DNA from: an uncultured Acidobacteriota bacterium
GTDB lineage: Bacteria > Acidobacteriota > Blastocatellia > RBC074
Length of the DNA: 64,000 nucleotides
Direction: 5' to 3'
Assembly (NCBI GenBank): GCA_963796275.1
Contig: CAWCKY010000003.1
Location: 1,568,001-1,632,000, forward strand
Below the pieces are notes generated by a model that worked only from the letters and a program-made list of their open reading frames with translations, was not told where the DNA came from and ran no database searches. Made by a program: the position numbers and the translations under genes. Position 1 is the first letter of the stretch; each line of letters starts with the position of its first letter. This document shows, piece by piece, positions 26,677-35,983 of the stretch.

Positions 26677-28089
26677 ATGAATCATCGTAACAATATTTCC
26701 CAGCCCCCCTGGTCGGTTCCCAACTATCTCGATATTCGCAACAATCATCTGCACATCGACGGCGTCGATGCGATCGAACTCGCGCGCGAATTCGACACGC
26801 CGTTATTCGTCATCTCCGCGTCGCGCATCCGCCACAATATCGGGAAACTGCTCGAAGCGAAAAAGCATCATCAGTTGCTCAAGTTATGTTATGCATCGAA
26901 GGCCAACAATACCCTCGGGGTTTTGCGCGTTGTGCGAGCGGCCGGCATCGATGTCGAGGTCAATTCCGGGGGCGAGCTGTTTAGAGCCTTGCGCGCCGGT
27001 TTCAGACCGGATCAGATAGAGATGAACGGCATTTCGAAGACGGAGAGGGAGATCGCCGAAGCGATAGACGCGGGGATTTACACGATCAACCTCGATTCGC
27101 CATTCGAATTGGAACTCGTCGAACGGGTGGCTAGTAGCATGAAAAAGCGCGCAAACATTTCGGTGCGCCTGGTCGCCGGAGTCGGGACGCGCTCGCATGC
27201 CGGGCTACAGACGGCGCTTTACACCTCGAAGTTCGGCGTCTCTCCCGCGCAAGCCCGCGAGATCATGCTGCGGGCGCTCAAACGGCCCGAACTCATCAAC
27301 CTCGCGGGGCTCCATATTCATGTCGGTTCACAGACGCCGGATCCTGAACCCTATGCTGAAAGCTTTCTCGCGATGTGGGAGCATCTGCTCTGGCTCTATC
27401 GAGAGACCGGTCACAAGTTGCAACACATAAACATCGGTGGGGGTATTCCGGTCAACTATCTCCGCGACGGTTCACAATCTGCGGAGATCAGCGAAAGCGA
27501 GCGCACCATGCTCGGCGCGAGCTTAACTTCCGCTGTAATGATGGAGGCCGCGATCGAAACCGTGCGCGTCTCTGCCCGTGAATCGGGCGCCGAGCATTTG
27601 CTTGAGAATCTGGAGATAGTGATGGAACCGGGGCGCTCTGTGATCGCCGATGCCGTGACAATTCTTACATCCGTGCGCAATGTAAAGCATCGTCCGGAAA
27701 CGGGGGAAGACTGGGTGCTGACCGATGCCGGATACAATTTGATGCTCTCGATGGTGATGTATGGTTGGTATTATCACGCGGTGAACGCCTCACGCGCCGG
27801 CGATCCGCACACCGCGCGTTATCGAATGGCTGGACCATTGTGTGATGGCGGCGATGTCTATTTCGATTTGCATGATGAAGGCCGTCTGCCTGACTGCCGT
27901 TTGTTGCCTGAGAGTGTGCGCGTCGGGGAAGTTATCGCGATGCTGAACGCCGGAGCCTACACTATGTCACAGATGACGGCGTACAATGGGCGCCCGTTAC
28001 CCGCAGCAGTGATGGTCGAAGAGGACGGGGAGGTGAGATCGATCAGAAAGCGGGATAATTACGAAGAGCTGTTGTTGAACGAGCTGTGA
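26677..28089 (+). CDS. lysA: Diaminopimelate decarboxylase-like enzyme (fold-III PLP decarboxylase)
   Basis: YASKAN, SKFG, HIHVGSQ, NIGGG, EPGR, GPLCDGGD, GAY, YNGRP. Confidence 0.75.
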   Translation: MNHRNNISQPPWSVPNYLDIRNNHLHIDGVDAIELAREFDTPLFVISASRIRHNIGKLLEAKKHHQLLKLCYASKANNTLGVLRVVRAAGIDVEVNSGGELFRALRAGFRPDQIEMNGISKTEREIAEAIDAGIYTINLDSPFELELVERVASSMKKRANISVRLVAGVGTRSHAGLQTALYTSKFGVSPAQAREIMLRALKRPELINLAGLHIHVGSQTPDPEPYAESFLAMWEHLLWLYRETGHKLQHINIGGGIPVNYLRDGSQSAEISESERTMLGASLTSAVMMEAAIETVRVSARESGAEHLLENLEIVMEPGRSVIADAVTILTSVRNVKHRPETGEDWVLTDAGYNLMLSMVMYGWYYHAVNASRAGDPHTARYRMAGPLCDGGDVYFDLHDEGRLPDCRLLPESVRVGEVIAMLNAGAYTMSQMTAYNGRPLPAAVMVEEDGEVRSIRKRDNYEELLLNEL

Positions 28090-28141
28090 GAAAGATTTAC
28101 CTCAATACCACAAGAATTCCAAACGACAGTGAGGAGGCACC

Positions 28142-29194
28142 GTGAAACGGATACTGAATTTATCGTATCAGATCGCAACTTTGGCGTTATCCACCGTTAT
28201 CGCAATTCTCGCGTTGGCCTTGCCAGCGCAAGCCCAAAAAACGGTAACACGCCTTTTCGATGGGAGAACCTTCGCCGGATGGGAAGGCAACCTGAACAAC
28301 TTCCGCATTGAAGGCGGTGCAATCATCGCCGGAACGATGAAAGACAAAATCCCACGCAATGAATTCCTGTGCACGACCAGAGAATACGGCGATTTTGTGC
28401 TGCTCTTGAAATTCAGGTTGCTCGGCGATCCGGCGAAAGCTAATGCGGGAATTCAGTTCCGCAGCCGCCGCATCCCGAATGATCACGAGGTCATTGGATA
28501 TCAGGCCGATCTCGGCCAGAACTACTATGGCGCGCTCTACGACGAATCGCGCAGGAAAAAGGTGCTGGCGGGGCCGAATGCCGAGGATGTGAATAAGCTT
28601 CTGAAGAGAGACGATTGGAACCAGTATGAGATTCACGCCGAGGGCCGGCGCATTCGCCTCGCGATCAATGGTCGCCAAACGGTCGATTACACCGAGCCTG
28701 ACGAGGCGATCGAGCAAAAAGGATGCATATGTCTCCAGATCCATGCGGGACCGCCGAGTGAAGCGTGGTACAAAGATATAGCCATTGAATCAAATTCTGA
28801 GCTATCGCAGGAGAGGTCGCCGAGCCCGGTCGAACAGACGATACTGAAAACCGAGCAGGAATGGGAGGATGCGCTCATTAAGTCAGATGTCGCCGCTCTG
28901 GATCGCATCTACGCGGACGGCTTAATTTACACGCACTCAAATGCTAGCGTGGATGACAAGGCGACTTACATCGGTAACATCAAATCGGGTTTCACAAAAT
29001 ACGAGTCTATGAAACGCGACGATATTAAAGTCCGCGTTTATGATGATACGGCCGTAGTCAATTGCCACTGGCAGGTCAATGTTACCGCTCGTGGCAACAA
29101 AATAATCACCGACGCGAGATATCTCCACGTTTATATTAAACAAAACGGCCGGTGGCGTATGGTTGCCCATCAATCGACTCGGATTGCACAATAA
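28142..29194 (+). CDS. Secreted DUF1080 (3-keto-disaccharide hydrolase-like) protein fused to a DUF4440/NTF2-like domain
   Basis: LFDGRTFAGW, NAGIQFRS, GYQAD, WNQYEI, LQIH; C-terminal DVAALDRIYAD..WRMVAHQ. Confidence 0.8.
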   Translation: MKRILNLSYQIATLALSTVIAILALALPAQAQKTVTRLFDGRTFAGWEGNLNNFRIEGGAIIAGTMKDKIPRNEFLCTTREYGDFVLLLKFRLLGDPAKANAGIQFRSRRIPNDHEVIGYQADLGQNYYGALYDESRRKKVLAGPNAEDVNKLLKRDDWNQYEIHAEGRRIRLAINGRQTVDYTEPDEAIEQKGCICLQIHAGPPSEAWYKDIAIESNSELSQERSPSPVEQTILKTEQEWEDALIKSDVAALDRIYADGLIYTHSNASVDDKATYIGNIKSGFTKYESMKRDDIKVRVYDDTAVVNCHWQVNVTARGNKIITDARYLHVYIKQNGRWRMVAHQSTRIAQ

Positions 29195-29256
29195 TGTGCT
29201 CGCGCATAACGTATCGCATTCGCGCTTCTTAACTCTGGCCTCATAATGAAAGTAAT

Positions 29257-29394
29257 GACCGCGTAAACGCAGGAACTCCGAAATGAACTTAAAGCGTGAA
29301 ATCTCAAACGCGATGTTCGGAGTTCCGCCTTCAAGCGGTCAGAAACCTATAGTCGGAAAGTGAAGACCGCGTAAACGCGGAACTCCAAGCGCGG
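29257..29394 (-). repeat. Diverged REP cluster of the same family as the 35.4-36.0 kb array, in opposite orientation
   Basis: CCGCGTAAACGC(A)GGAACTCC, GGAGTTCCGCCTTCAAGCGG and CCGCGTAAACGCGGAACTCC with similar linkers. Confidence 0.8.
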
Positions 29395-29463
29395 GACCCC
29401 AGGCGATTCTTTTTCCCAGGGCTGCTTGAAGGCGGAGCCGCATGCGATTTCTGCGGAGGTAAC

Positions 29464-31221
29464 ATGAACCCGGAAAAACTCAGAAAATTATCAGTCACCA
29501 TGACGGTCGCCCTTGTCTTACTTGTGTTACCCCTTAAAGGCGAACTGAAGGTAAACGAACAAGCCGAAAAATTACGTATCGCGATCTCTTTTCCCACTGA
29601 GCGGAGTAAGACGCCGCTCGACGGACGCCTGCTGCTGATGATCTCTACTGATGGTTCCAAGGAGCCTCGGCAACAGATCGATAATTCGGCAAAAACGCAG
29701 CAGATATTCGGCATCGATGTGGAGGGTTGGAAGCCGGGTCAGAACGCATTCGTCGAGGAAAGCCTGGGATACCCGGTTAAAAGCATGAATCAAATTCCGC
29801 CCGGCATTTACTGGGTGCAAGCCCTGTTGCACAAATATGAAACCTTTAAGAAGGCTGATGGACATACTGTCAAATTGCCTATGGATCGCGGGGAAGGGCA
29901 ACACTGGAATCTCGCCCCGGGCAATCTTTACAGTAAACCGCGACAGATAACGATAGATCCGAAAAAGGCGGAGACCATAGCGATAACTCTCGATCAGGAG
30001 ATACCGCCTATTAACCCGCCGAAAGATACCAAATACATTAAACATATTAAAATTCAGAGCAAGAAGCTGACGGAGTTTTGGGGGCGGCCGATGTATCTGG
30101 GAGCATGTGTTTTGTTACCGCATGGCTTCGATGAACATCGTGAGGCTCGCTATCCGTTGATGGTATTTCACGGGCATTTTCCCAATACTTTCGGCGGTTT
30201 CCGAGAAAACCCGCCTGACCCGAATCTCGAGCCCGATTACAGCGATCGTTTTAAGCTCAAAGGCTATAACAAAATTCAGCAGGAATATGCTTATAAGTTC
30301 TATCAGGAATGGATCGGCCCGAGTTTTCCGCGGTTTGTGATTATCGAGATTCAACACCCCAATCCTTTCTATGATGACTCATATGCCGTTAATTCTGCCA
30401 ATCTGGGGCCATATGGTGACGCCATCAACTTTGAGCTGATCCCGTATATCGAGGAGAAATTCCGCTGCATCGGCCAGGGCTGGTCGCGGTTTACATATGG
30501 CGGTTCAACGGGAGGGTGGGAAGCTCTGGCGACGCAGATGTTCTATCCCGATATGTATAACGGTTGTTTTGCGGCGTGTCCGGATCCGATAGATTTTCGC
30601 GCTTTCACCGTCGTCAACATCTACGAGGATAAAAATGCCTATTACCTCGATAGCAAATGGAAGCGCACGCCACGGCCGGGGCATCGCGATTATCTCGGCC
30701 ACGTCAGCGCGACGCTCGAAGAGATGAACCATCGCGAACTTGTGCTGGGCACAAAGAGCCGTTCAGGCGACCAGTGGGATATTTGGGAGGCGGTCTATTC
30801 TCCTGTCGGCCCGGACGGTTATCCCAAACGAATATGGAATAAGCTGACCGGAGAGATAGATCGTTCGGTTGCCGAATATTGGCGCGAGCGCTACGATCTC
30901 GGCCACATACTCAAGCGAGATTGGCAGACGCTCGGGCCGAAGCTGCAGGGTAAGATTCACATTTACTGCGGAGATATGGATAACTACTATCTCAATAACG
31001 CGGTTTACTTGGTCGAGGAATTTTTGAAGAACACTACCAATCCATTTTACGGCGGCGAGGTAGATTACGGAGATCGCGCAGAACATTGCTGGAATGGAGA
31101 TCACAACCTGCCGAACCACTTATCGCGGTTGAGATACAATCAGATGTATGTCCCGAAGATACTCGAGCGAATAAAGAAGACCGCTCCGGCGAACGCAGAT
31201 TTGACGAGTTGGAAATATTGA
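29464..31221 (+). CDS. Secreted alpha/beta-hydrolase (putative esterase family)
   Basis: Signal peptide, VNSANLGPYGDAI..ELIPYIE, GGSTGG nucleophile elbow. Confidence 0.82.
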   Translation: MNPEKLRKLSVTMTVALVLLVLPLKGELKVNEQAEKLRIAISFPTERSKTPLDGRLLLMISTDGSKEPRQQIDNSAKTQQIFGIDVEGWKPGQNAFVEESLGYPVKSMNQIPPGIYWVQALLHKYETFKKADGHTVKLPMDRGEGQHWNLAPGNLYSKPRQITIDPKKAETIAITLDQEIPPINPPKDTKYIKHIKIQSKKLTEFWGRPMYLGACVLLPHGFDEHREARYPLMVFHGHFPNTFGGFRENPPDPNLEPDYSDRFKLKGYNKIQQEYAYKFYQEWIGPSFPRFVIIEIQHPNPFYDDSYAVNSANLGPYGDAINFELIPYIEEKFRCIGQGWSRFTYGGSTGGWEALATQMFYPDMYNGCFAACPDPIDFRAFTVVNIYEDKNAYYLDSKWKRTPRPGHRDYLGHVSATLEEMNHRELVLGTKSRSGDQWDIWEAVYSPVGPDGYPKRIWNKLTGEIDRSVAEYWRERYDLGHILKRDWQTLGPKLQGKIHIYCGDMDNYYLNNAVYLVEEFLKNTTNPFYGGEVDYGDRAEHCWNGDHNLPNHLSRLRYNQMYVPKILERIKKTAPANADLTSWKY

Positions 31222-31226
31222 AAAAG

Positions 31227-31406
31227 AGTTTTCAGTTTTCAGTTTTCAGTTTTTGTTGATGATCGAAACCGCCCAACTAAAAACTAAAAGTGACTGCTCA
31301 GCCTCTTCGCCGCTAACGCGGCGAAGAGGTTGATCAGTTAATTTCAGGTTTTAGGTTTTAGCTGAGCTGTCTCGATTCGGCAACTGAAAACTGAAAACTG
31401 AAAACT
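31227..31406. repeat. ~180-bp intergenic palindrome with heptamer (AGTTTTC) arms
   Basis: 25-bp perfect outer arms (31227-31251 / 31382-31406), imperfect middle, perfect 12-bp core CCTCTTCGCCGC-TAAC-GCGGCGAAGAGG. Confidence 0.85.
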
Positions 31407-31427
31407 ATTTTCCGAGGAGCCTCATCA

Positions 31428-33050
31428 TTGATCACATGGACGCAGGACTATAACCCGCTCAACTCATGGCCCCTTTCGACGGCTATTTCAGCATTACCCG
31501 TGATTACGCTGTTTTTCGTTCTCGTCGTGCTCAAGAAACGCGTCTGGGTATCGGCTTTATGCGGAATGCTTATGGCCGTCTTCATCGCTCTGCTGGTATT
31601 TCGGATGCCCGCTTCACTGGTGGGGACGGCTGGACTGCTTGGAGTCATTTTCGGGTTATTTCGCATCGCCTGGATCATCATCGCCTCGATCTTTCTTTAC
31701 AATATTGCCGTTGAAACCGGCCAGTTTCAGGTGATGAAAGAATCTATCGCATCCTTATCGTCGGACAAGCGTTTGCAATTGATCCTTATCGCTTTTTGCT
31801 TCGGGGCGTTTCTCGAAGGGACGGGCGGGGGAGGGGCGCCCGTCGCAATTGCCGGTGCATTTCTGATCGGCCTGGGCTTCCCGCCGTTTCAGGCGGCAAC
31901 CCTGTGTTTAGTGGCGAATACGGCTCCGGTGGCCTGGGGAGGCGTCGGCAATCCCATTCGTGTGCTGTCCGGCGTTACCGGGCTCCCTGAGATGACTTTG
32001 AGCATAATGACCGGTCGCATTCTCCCGCCTATCTCGGCGATCCTGCCTTTATGGTTGGTTCGAAGTATGGTCGGCTGGCGCGATACATTCGCCGTCTGGC
32101 CGGCGCTCGCGGTCAGCGGTTTGTCGTTCGCCCTTATGCAGTTTTACTGGTCGAATTACCAGGACAACAGCCTGGTCGATGTTGTCGCCGCTCTCTTTTC
32201 GCTGCTGGTGATGGTCGCTTTCCTGAAGTTCTGGAAGCCGGAAACGATGCTGGAGAATGCGACGGATAAAAGGCTAACCGTAAAGAGCCATTCGACCGCG
32301 GCCGTTTTGAAAGGCTGGTCTCCATTCCTGCTCGCATCCGTCTTCATCTTCCTATTCGGGCTTCCCGCGATCAATAAACATCTGAGCTTCGATGCGTTGA
32401 AGCAACCAATGCCACTACTGCATAATGCCGTGTTTAAGGTTCCGCCGGTGGCGCCGTCCCCGACGCCGGAGTCAGCGATCGCTGATGTAAATGTTATCGC
32501 ACTGCCGGGCACTGCTATATTCATTGGCGCGCTCATCGCAGCGGTCTTACTCGGATTGCCGCTCGGCAAGACTTTAAAAATTCTCGGGCAAACGTTCAGA
32601 GATTTAATCCCATCCTTGCTGGCGATCAGTTTTATGGTAGGTCTGGCGTTTATTACCCGTTATTCCGGCATGGACACAGTGATGGGATTGAGCCTGACGA
32701 GGACGGGGGTGTTATACCCATTCTTCGGCACAATGCTCGGGTGGCTCGGTGTGGCGTTGACTGGAACCGATGCGGGATCGAATGCCCTCTTCGGAAATTT
32801 GCAGAAGGTGACGGCGGAGCAATTGGGATTGAGCGCTGTCCTGATGACATCGGCGAATTCCGCGGGCGGTGTGATGGGCAAGATGATCGACGCTCAATCG
32901 ATCGTCGTATCGAGCGCTGCGACACAGCAAGTCGGTAACGAAGCGGCTATTTTCAAGGCCGTCTTCAAACACAGCATAGTGCTTGCGAGCTTGATCGGGC
33001 TCATCGTAATGCTTTATGCGTTCGTGATCCCCTGGGTAATCCCTCAATAA
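31428..33050 (+). CDS. L-lactate permease (LctP family)
   Basis: WTQDYNP, FGAFLEG, ANTAPVA, GWLGVALTGTD..SNALFG, GGVMGKMIDAQSIVV. Confidence 0.92.
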   Translation: MITWTQDYNPLNSWPLSTAISALPVITLFFVLVVLKKRVWVSALCGMLMAVFIALLVFRMPASLVGTAGLLGVIFGLFRIAWIIIASIFLYNIAVETGQFQVMKESIASLSSDKRLQLILIAFCFGAFLEGTGGGGAPVAIAGAFLIGLGFPPFQAATLCLVANTAPVAWGGVGNPIRVLSGVTGLPEMTLSIMTGRILPPISAILPLWLVRSMVGWRDTFAVWPALAVSGLSFALMQFYWSNYQDNSLVDVVAALFSLLVMVAFLKFWKPETMLENATDKRLTVKSHSTAAVLKGWSPFLLASVFIFLFGLPAINKHLSFDALKQPMPLLHNAVFKVPPVAPSPTPESAIADVNVIALPGTAIFIGALIAAVLLGLPLGKTLKILGQTFRDLIPSLLAISFMVGLAFITRYSGMDTVMGLSLTRTGVLYPFFGTMLGWLGVALTGTDAGSNALFGNLQKVTAEQLGLSAVLMTSANSAGGVMGKMIDAQSIVVSSAATQQVGNEAAIFKAVFKHSIVLASLIGLIVMLYAFVIPWVIPQ

Positions 33051-33051
33051 A

Positions 33052-33522
33052 ATGGCTAAGCACAGCGCAGGAATATTGATGTACCGCCGCCGGCAGGGAA
33101 TTGTCGAGATACTGCTGGCGCATATGGGGGGCCCATTCTGGGCTAAGAAGGACCTGGGCGCCTGGTCGATTCCCAAAGGAGAGTTTGAGCCCGGTGAGGA
33201 GGTCCCGCTCGATGCAGCGAAACGCGAATTCGAAGAGGAGACGGGGCTAGCAGTAACCGGAGAGTTTATTCCGCTCACACCGATCAAACTCTCGGGCGGT
33301 AAGATCATCCACGCCTGGGCGGTCGAGGGCGACTGCGATGCCTCATCGATCAAGAGTAATACTTTTATGCTCGAATGGCCGCCTCGATCGGGCAAACAGC
33401 AGGCATTTCCCGAGATCGATCGCGCCGAGTGGTTTTCGCTCGATGAAGCTAAGGAGAAAGTTACCAAAGGACAACGCGGGTTGATCGAGGCATTGCGCCG
33501 GATTCTCAGGGAAGAGAATTGA
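33052..33522 (+). CDS. NUDIX hydrolase
   Basis: WSIPKGE..AAKREFEEETG Nudix box; EWPPRSG..FPEIDR. Confidence 0.9.
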   Translation: MAKHSAGILMYRRRQGIVEILLAHMGGPFWAKKDLGAWSIPKGEFEPGEEVPLDAAKREFEEETGLAVTGEFIPLTPIKLSGGKIIHAWAVEGDCDASSIKSNTFMLEWPPRSGKQQAFPEIDRAEWFSLDEAKEKVTKGQRGLIEALRRILREEN

Positions 33523-33536
33523 AAACGGATCGCCAT

Positions 33537-33594
33537 CGCGAGCGGTGTCGAGCGAATATCTACTGAAAACCCGCTCGCTTGAATACCCGCTCGC
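33537..33594. terminator. Hairpin between convergent genes (possible bidirectional terminator or REP-like element)
   Basis: GCGAGCGGTGTCGAGCGA pairs with TCGCTTGAATACCCGCTCGC. Confidence 0.5.
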
Positions 33595-33607
33595 TACCGT
33601 CTTTGAT

Positions 33608-35233
33608 TCATATCTCTCCCTGCTTTCGCTGCTGTGCGATATAACGAGCGCTGCGGACTGCCAGCGCTGCGATCGTCAACGTCGGGTTCTTTTCGGGAAA
33701 TGTCGTAAAACAACTTCCATCGACCACGAAGAGGTTTTTGATTTCGTGTGTTTGGCAATATGAATTCAATACCGAAGCCTTCGGCTCCTTGCCCATCCGA
33801 CATGTGCCGACCTCGTGGCTCGCGAATCCGGACGGACGCTCATCGCCTTTCAAAACCATCTCTACGCCAAGAGTATCGAGGACTTCATAAACGCTCTCGC
33901 GCATATCCTTGAAAAGTTTCAGATCGTTTTCGCTCCATTTGAAATTGACGATCGGGATGGGAATCCCGAACTTATCGAGTTTCTTCGGATCGACCGTCAC
34001 ACGGTTGTCGAAGCGTTGCTCGACTTTGCCGAAGGCGCCGATTTGAAACATCGCCGGCTGCAACTCGCGTACGTATTTTTTGTATGATGAACCGAAACCT
34101 CGCGCCGAACGGGCGTGATGCGGCCACATCCAATTGGCATAGTTCAGCTGCATGCCGTAGCCGCCGGTATAGTCTTTTTTACCCCTCGTCTGGTTGAAGC
34201 GCGGTATGTACGCGTGATCGGTCATTCCATCGCCGGTGAATATGTCGGCCCCGACCAGGTCTTTCAAGTAACCTGTTGCGCCGTTGACGACGTGGCCCCC
34301 GAGATAGCGGCCGACCAGATCGTTGCCGTTCGCGAGCCCGTTGGGATATTTCTCGCAAGCCGAGTTGAGCAGCAATCGAGCCGATTCGATGGAAGCGCAG
34401 CTCACGATGACGATGCGCGCACGGATCTCTTCTTCTTTCCCCGTTTCGCGATCGATAAGCGAGACCGCAGAAGCGAGCCCATCTTTGTTGATGAGGATTT
34501 TTCTCGCCAGCGCGTTCAGTCGAAGCGTGAGCTTGCCGGTCGCCATGGCTTTCGGAATAACAGTGACATCGCTTGACCAGACTGCCCGCACATCGCAAAC
34601 ATCCATACAGTGACCGCAGTAATGGCAGGCGCCGCGATCTTTCCGCCCGCTGAGTAACACGGCTTTGCGGGTGGGGATGAGTTTGATGCCGATCCTGTCG
34701 AGTTTCTTCTGGGCGATGACTTCAGAACAGCGCAGACGCGGTGATTGTGCGACGAAATTACCGTCCGGCAAATCTGCCAAACCTTCGCGCGTCCCGTAGA
34801 CGTGCATCTCACGCTCGACGTAATCGTAATATGGCGACAGCTCCTCATAACTGATCGGCCAGTCCTCCTCGAAGCCGGAGCGGGATTTTTCGCGAAGATC
34901 ATTGGCCGAGAAGCGAAAGCAGGCCGCATTCCAGTGAAAGGTCCGGCCTCCCAGCGTCCGGATGCGATCAACGCCGATCCGGTCGCCGCGATATTCAATC
35001 TCTCGTGAGATGTTGTCCTGGTAGAGTGATGCCTGCTTATGCAGTCCGAATCCGCGCTTCGGCAGATCGTATGGCCAATCGTGGATGTAGAGGTCCTCGG
35101 GTTTGCCCCTGCTTCCAGCTTCGAGCAGGATCGTCTCTGCCCCGGCAGCCGTCAACTCTTGCGCGACGAAACCTCCTGCCGCGCCGGAGCCGATAATGCA
35201 AACGTCGTATATTTTTTGCTTTACTGTGTTCAT
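33608..35233 (-). CDS. GMC family FAD oxidoreductase
   Basis: IIGSGAAGG, LGGRTFHW, CHYCGHCMDVC, HEVGTCRMG, NLFVVDGS, NPTLTI. Confidence 0.93.
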   Translation of the reverse strand: MNTVKQKIYDVCIIGSGAAGGFVAQELTAAGAETILLEAGSRGKPEDLYIHDWPYDLPKRGFGLHKQASLYQDNISREIEYRGDRIGVDRIRTLGGRTFHWNAACFRFSANDLREKSRSGFEEDWPISYEELSPYYDYVEREMHVYGTREGLADLPDGNFVAQSPRLRCSEVIAQKKLDRIGIKLIPTRKAVLLSGRKDRGACHYCGHCMDVCDVRAVWSSDVTVIPKAMATGKLTLRLNALARKILINKDGLASAVSLIDRETGKEEEIRARIVIVSCASIESARLLLNSACEKYPNGLANGNDLVGRYLGGHVVNGATGYLKDLVGADIFTGDGMTDHAYIPRFNQTRGKKDYTGGYGMQLNYANWMWPHHARSARGFGSSYKKYVRELQPAMFQIGAFGKVEQRFDNRVTVDPKKLDKFGIPIPIVNFKWSENDLKLFKDMRESVYEVLDTLGVEMVLKGDERPSGFASHEVGTCRMGKEPKASVLNSYCQTHEIKNLFVVDGSCFTTFPEKNPTLTIAALAVRSARYIAQQRKQGEI

Positions 35234-35390
35234 AAAGTGGAACTCGAATTACCGCAAGAGGTGAGGCGCAGAGGTTAACGATAATCACAGTGAAACGGCT
35301 GCGCCGCCTCAAAGTTCATCGCGCCTCTGTGATGAATGGCATTTAACGCCGGAGCTATATTCTATCAGTGCCTTCGGGGGGCAGAGTTCA

Positions 35391-35965
35391 ACCGCCTGAA
35401 GGCGGAACTCCGAACTTCGCGTTTGGAGTTCCGCGTTTACGCGGTCTTTATCTTTCGGATGATTTCCCGACCGCCTGAAGGCGGAACTCCGAACTTCGCG
35501 TTTGGAGTTCCGCGTTTACGCGGTCTTTATCTTTCGGATGATTTCCCGACCGCCTGAAGGCGGAACTCCGAACTTCGCGTTTGGAGTTCCGCGTTTACGC
35601 GGTCTTTATCTTTCGGATGATTCCCGACCGCCTGAAAGGCGGAACTCTGAACTTCGCGTTTGGAGTTCCGCGTTTACGCGGTCTTTATCTTTCGGATGAT
35701 TCCCGACCGTCTGAAGGCGGAACTCCGAACTTCGCGTTTGGAGTTCCGCGTTTACGCGGTCTTTATCTTTCGGATGATTTCCCGACCGCCTGAAGGCGGA
35801 ACTCCGAACTTCGCGTTTGGAGTTCCGCGTTTACGCGGTCTTTATCTTTCGGATGATTCCCGACCGCCTGAAGGCGGAACTCCGAACTTCGCGTTTGGAG
35901 TTCCGCGTTTACGCGGTCTTTATCTTTCGGATGATTCCCGACCGCCTGAAGGCGGAACTCCAAAC
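35391..35965. repeat. Tandem REP/BIME-like array: 7 full 78-79 bp units plus a partial eighth
   Basis: Units start at 35391, 35470, 35549, 35627, 35706, 35785, 35863 and 35941; each has two inverted GGAG-TT-hairpin REPs (CCGCC-TTCA-GGCGG and CCGCG-TTTA-CGCGG) with invariant linkers. Confidence 0.93.
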
Positions 35966-35983
35966 GGGAAGGATATCTTGCCG

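Noticed and set aside
35391-35965. CRISPR array
   Set aside because: The sequences between repeats are identical rather than unique spacers, and no cas genes are present; it is a tandem REP array
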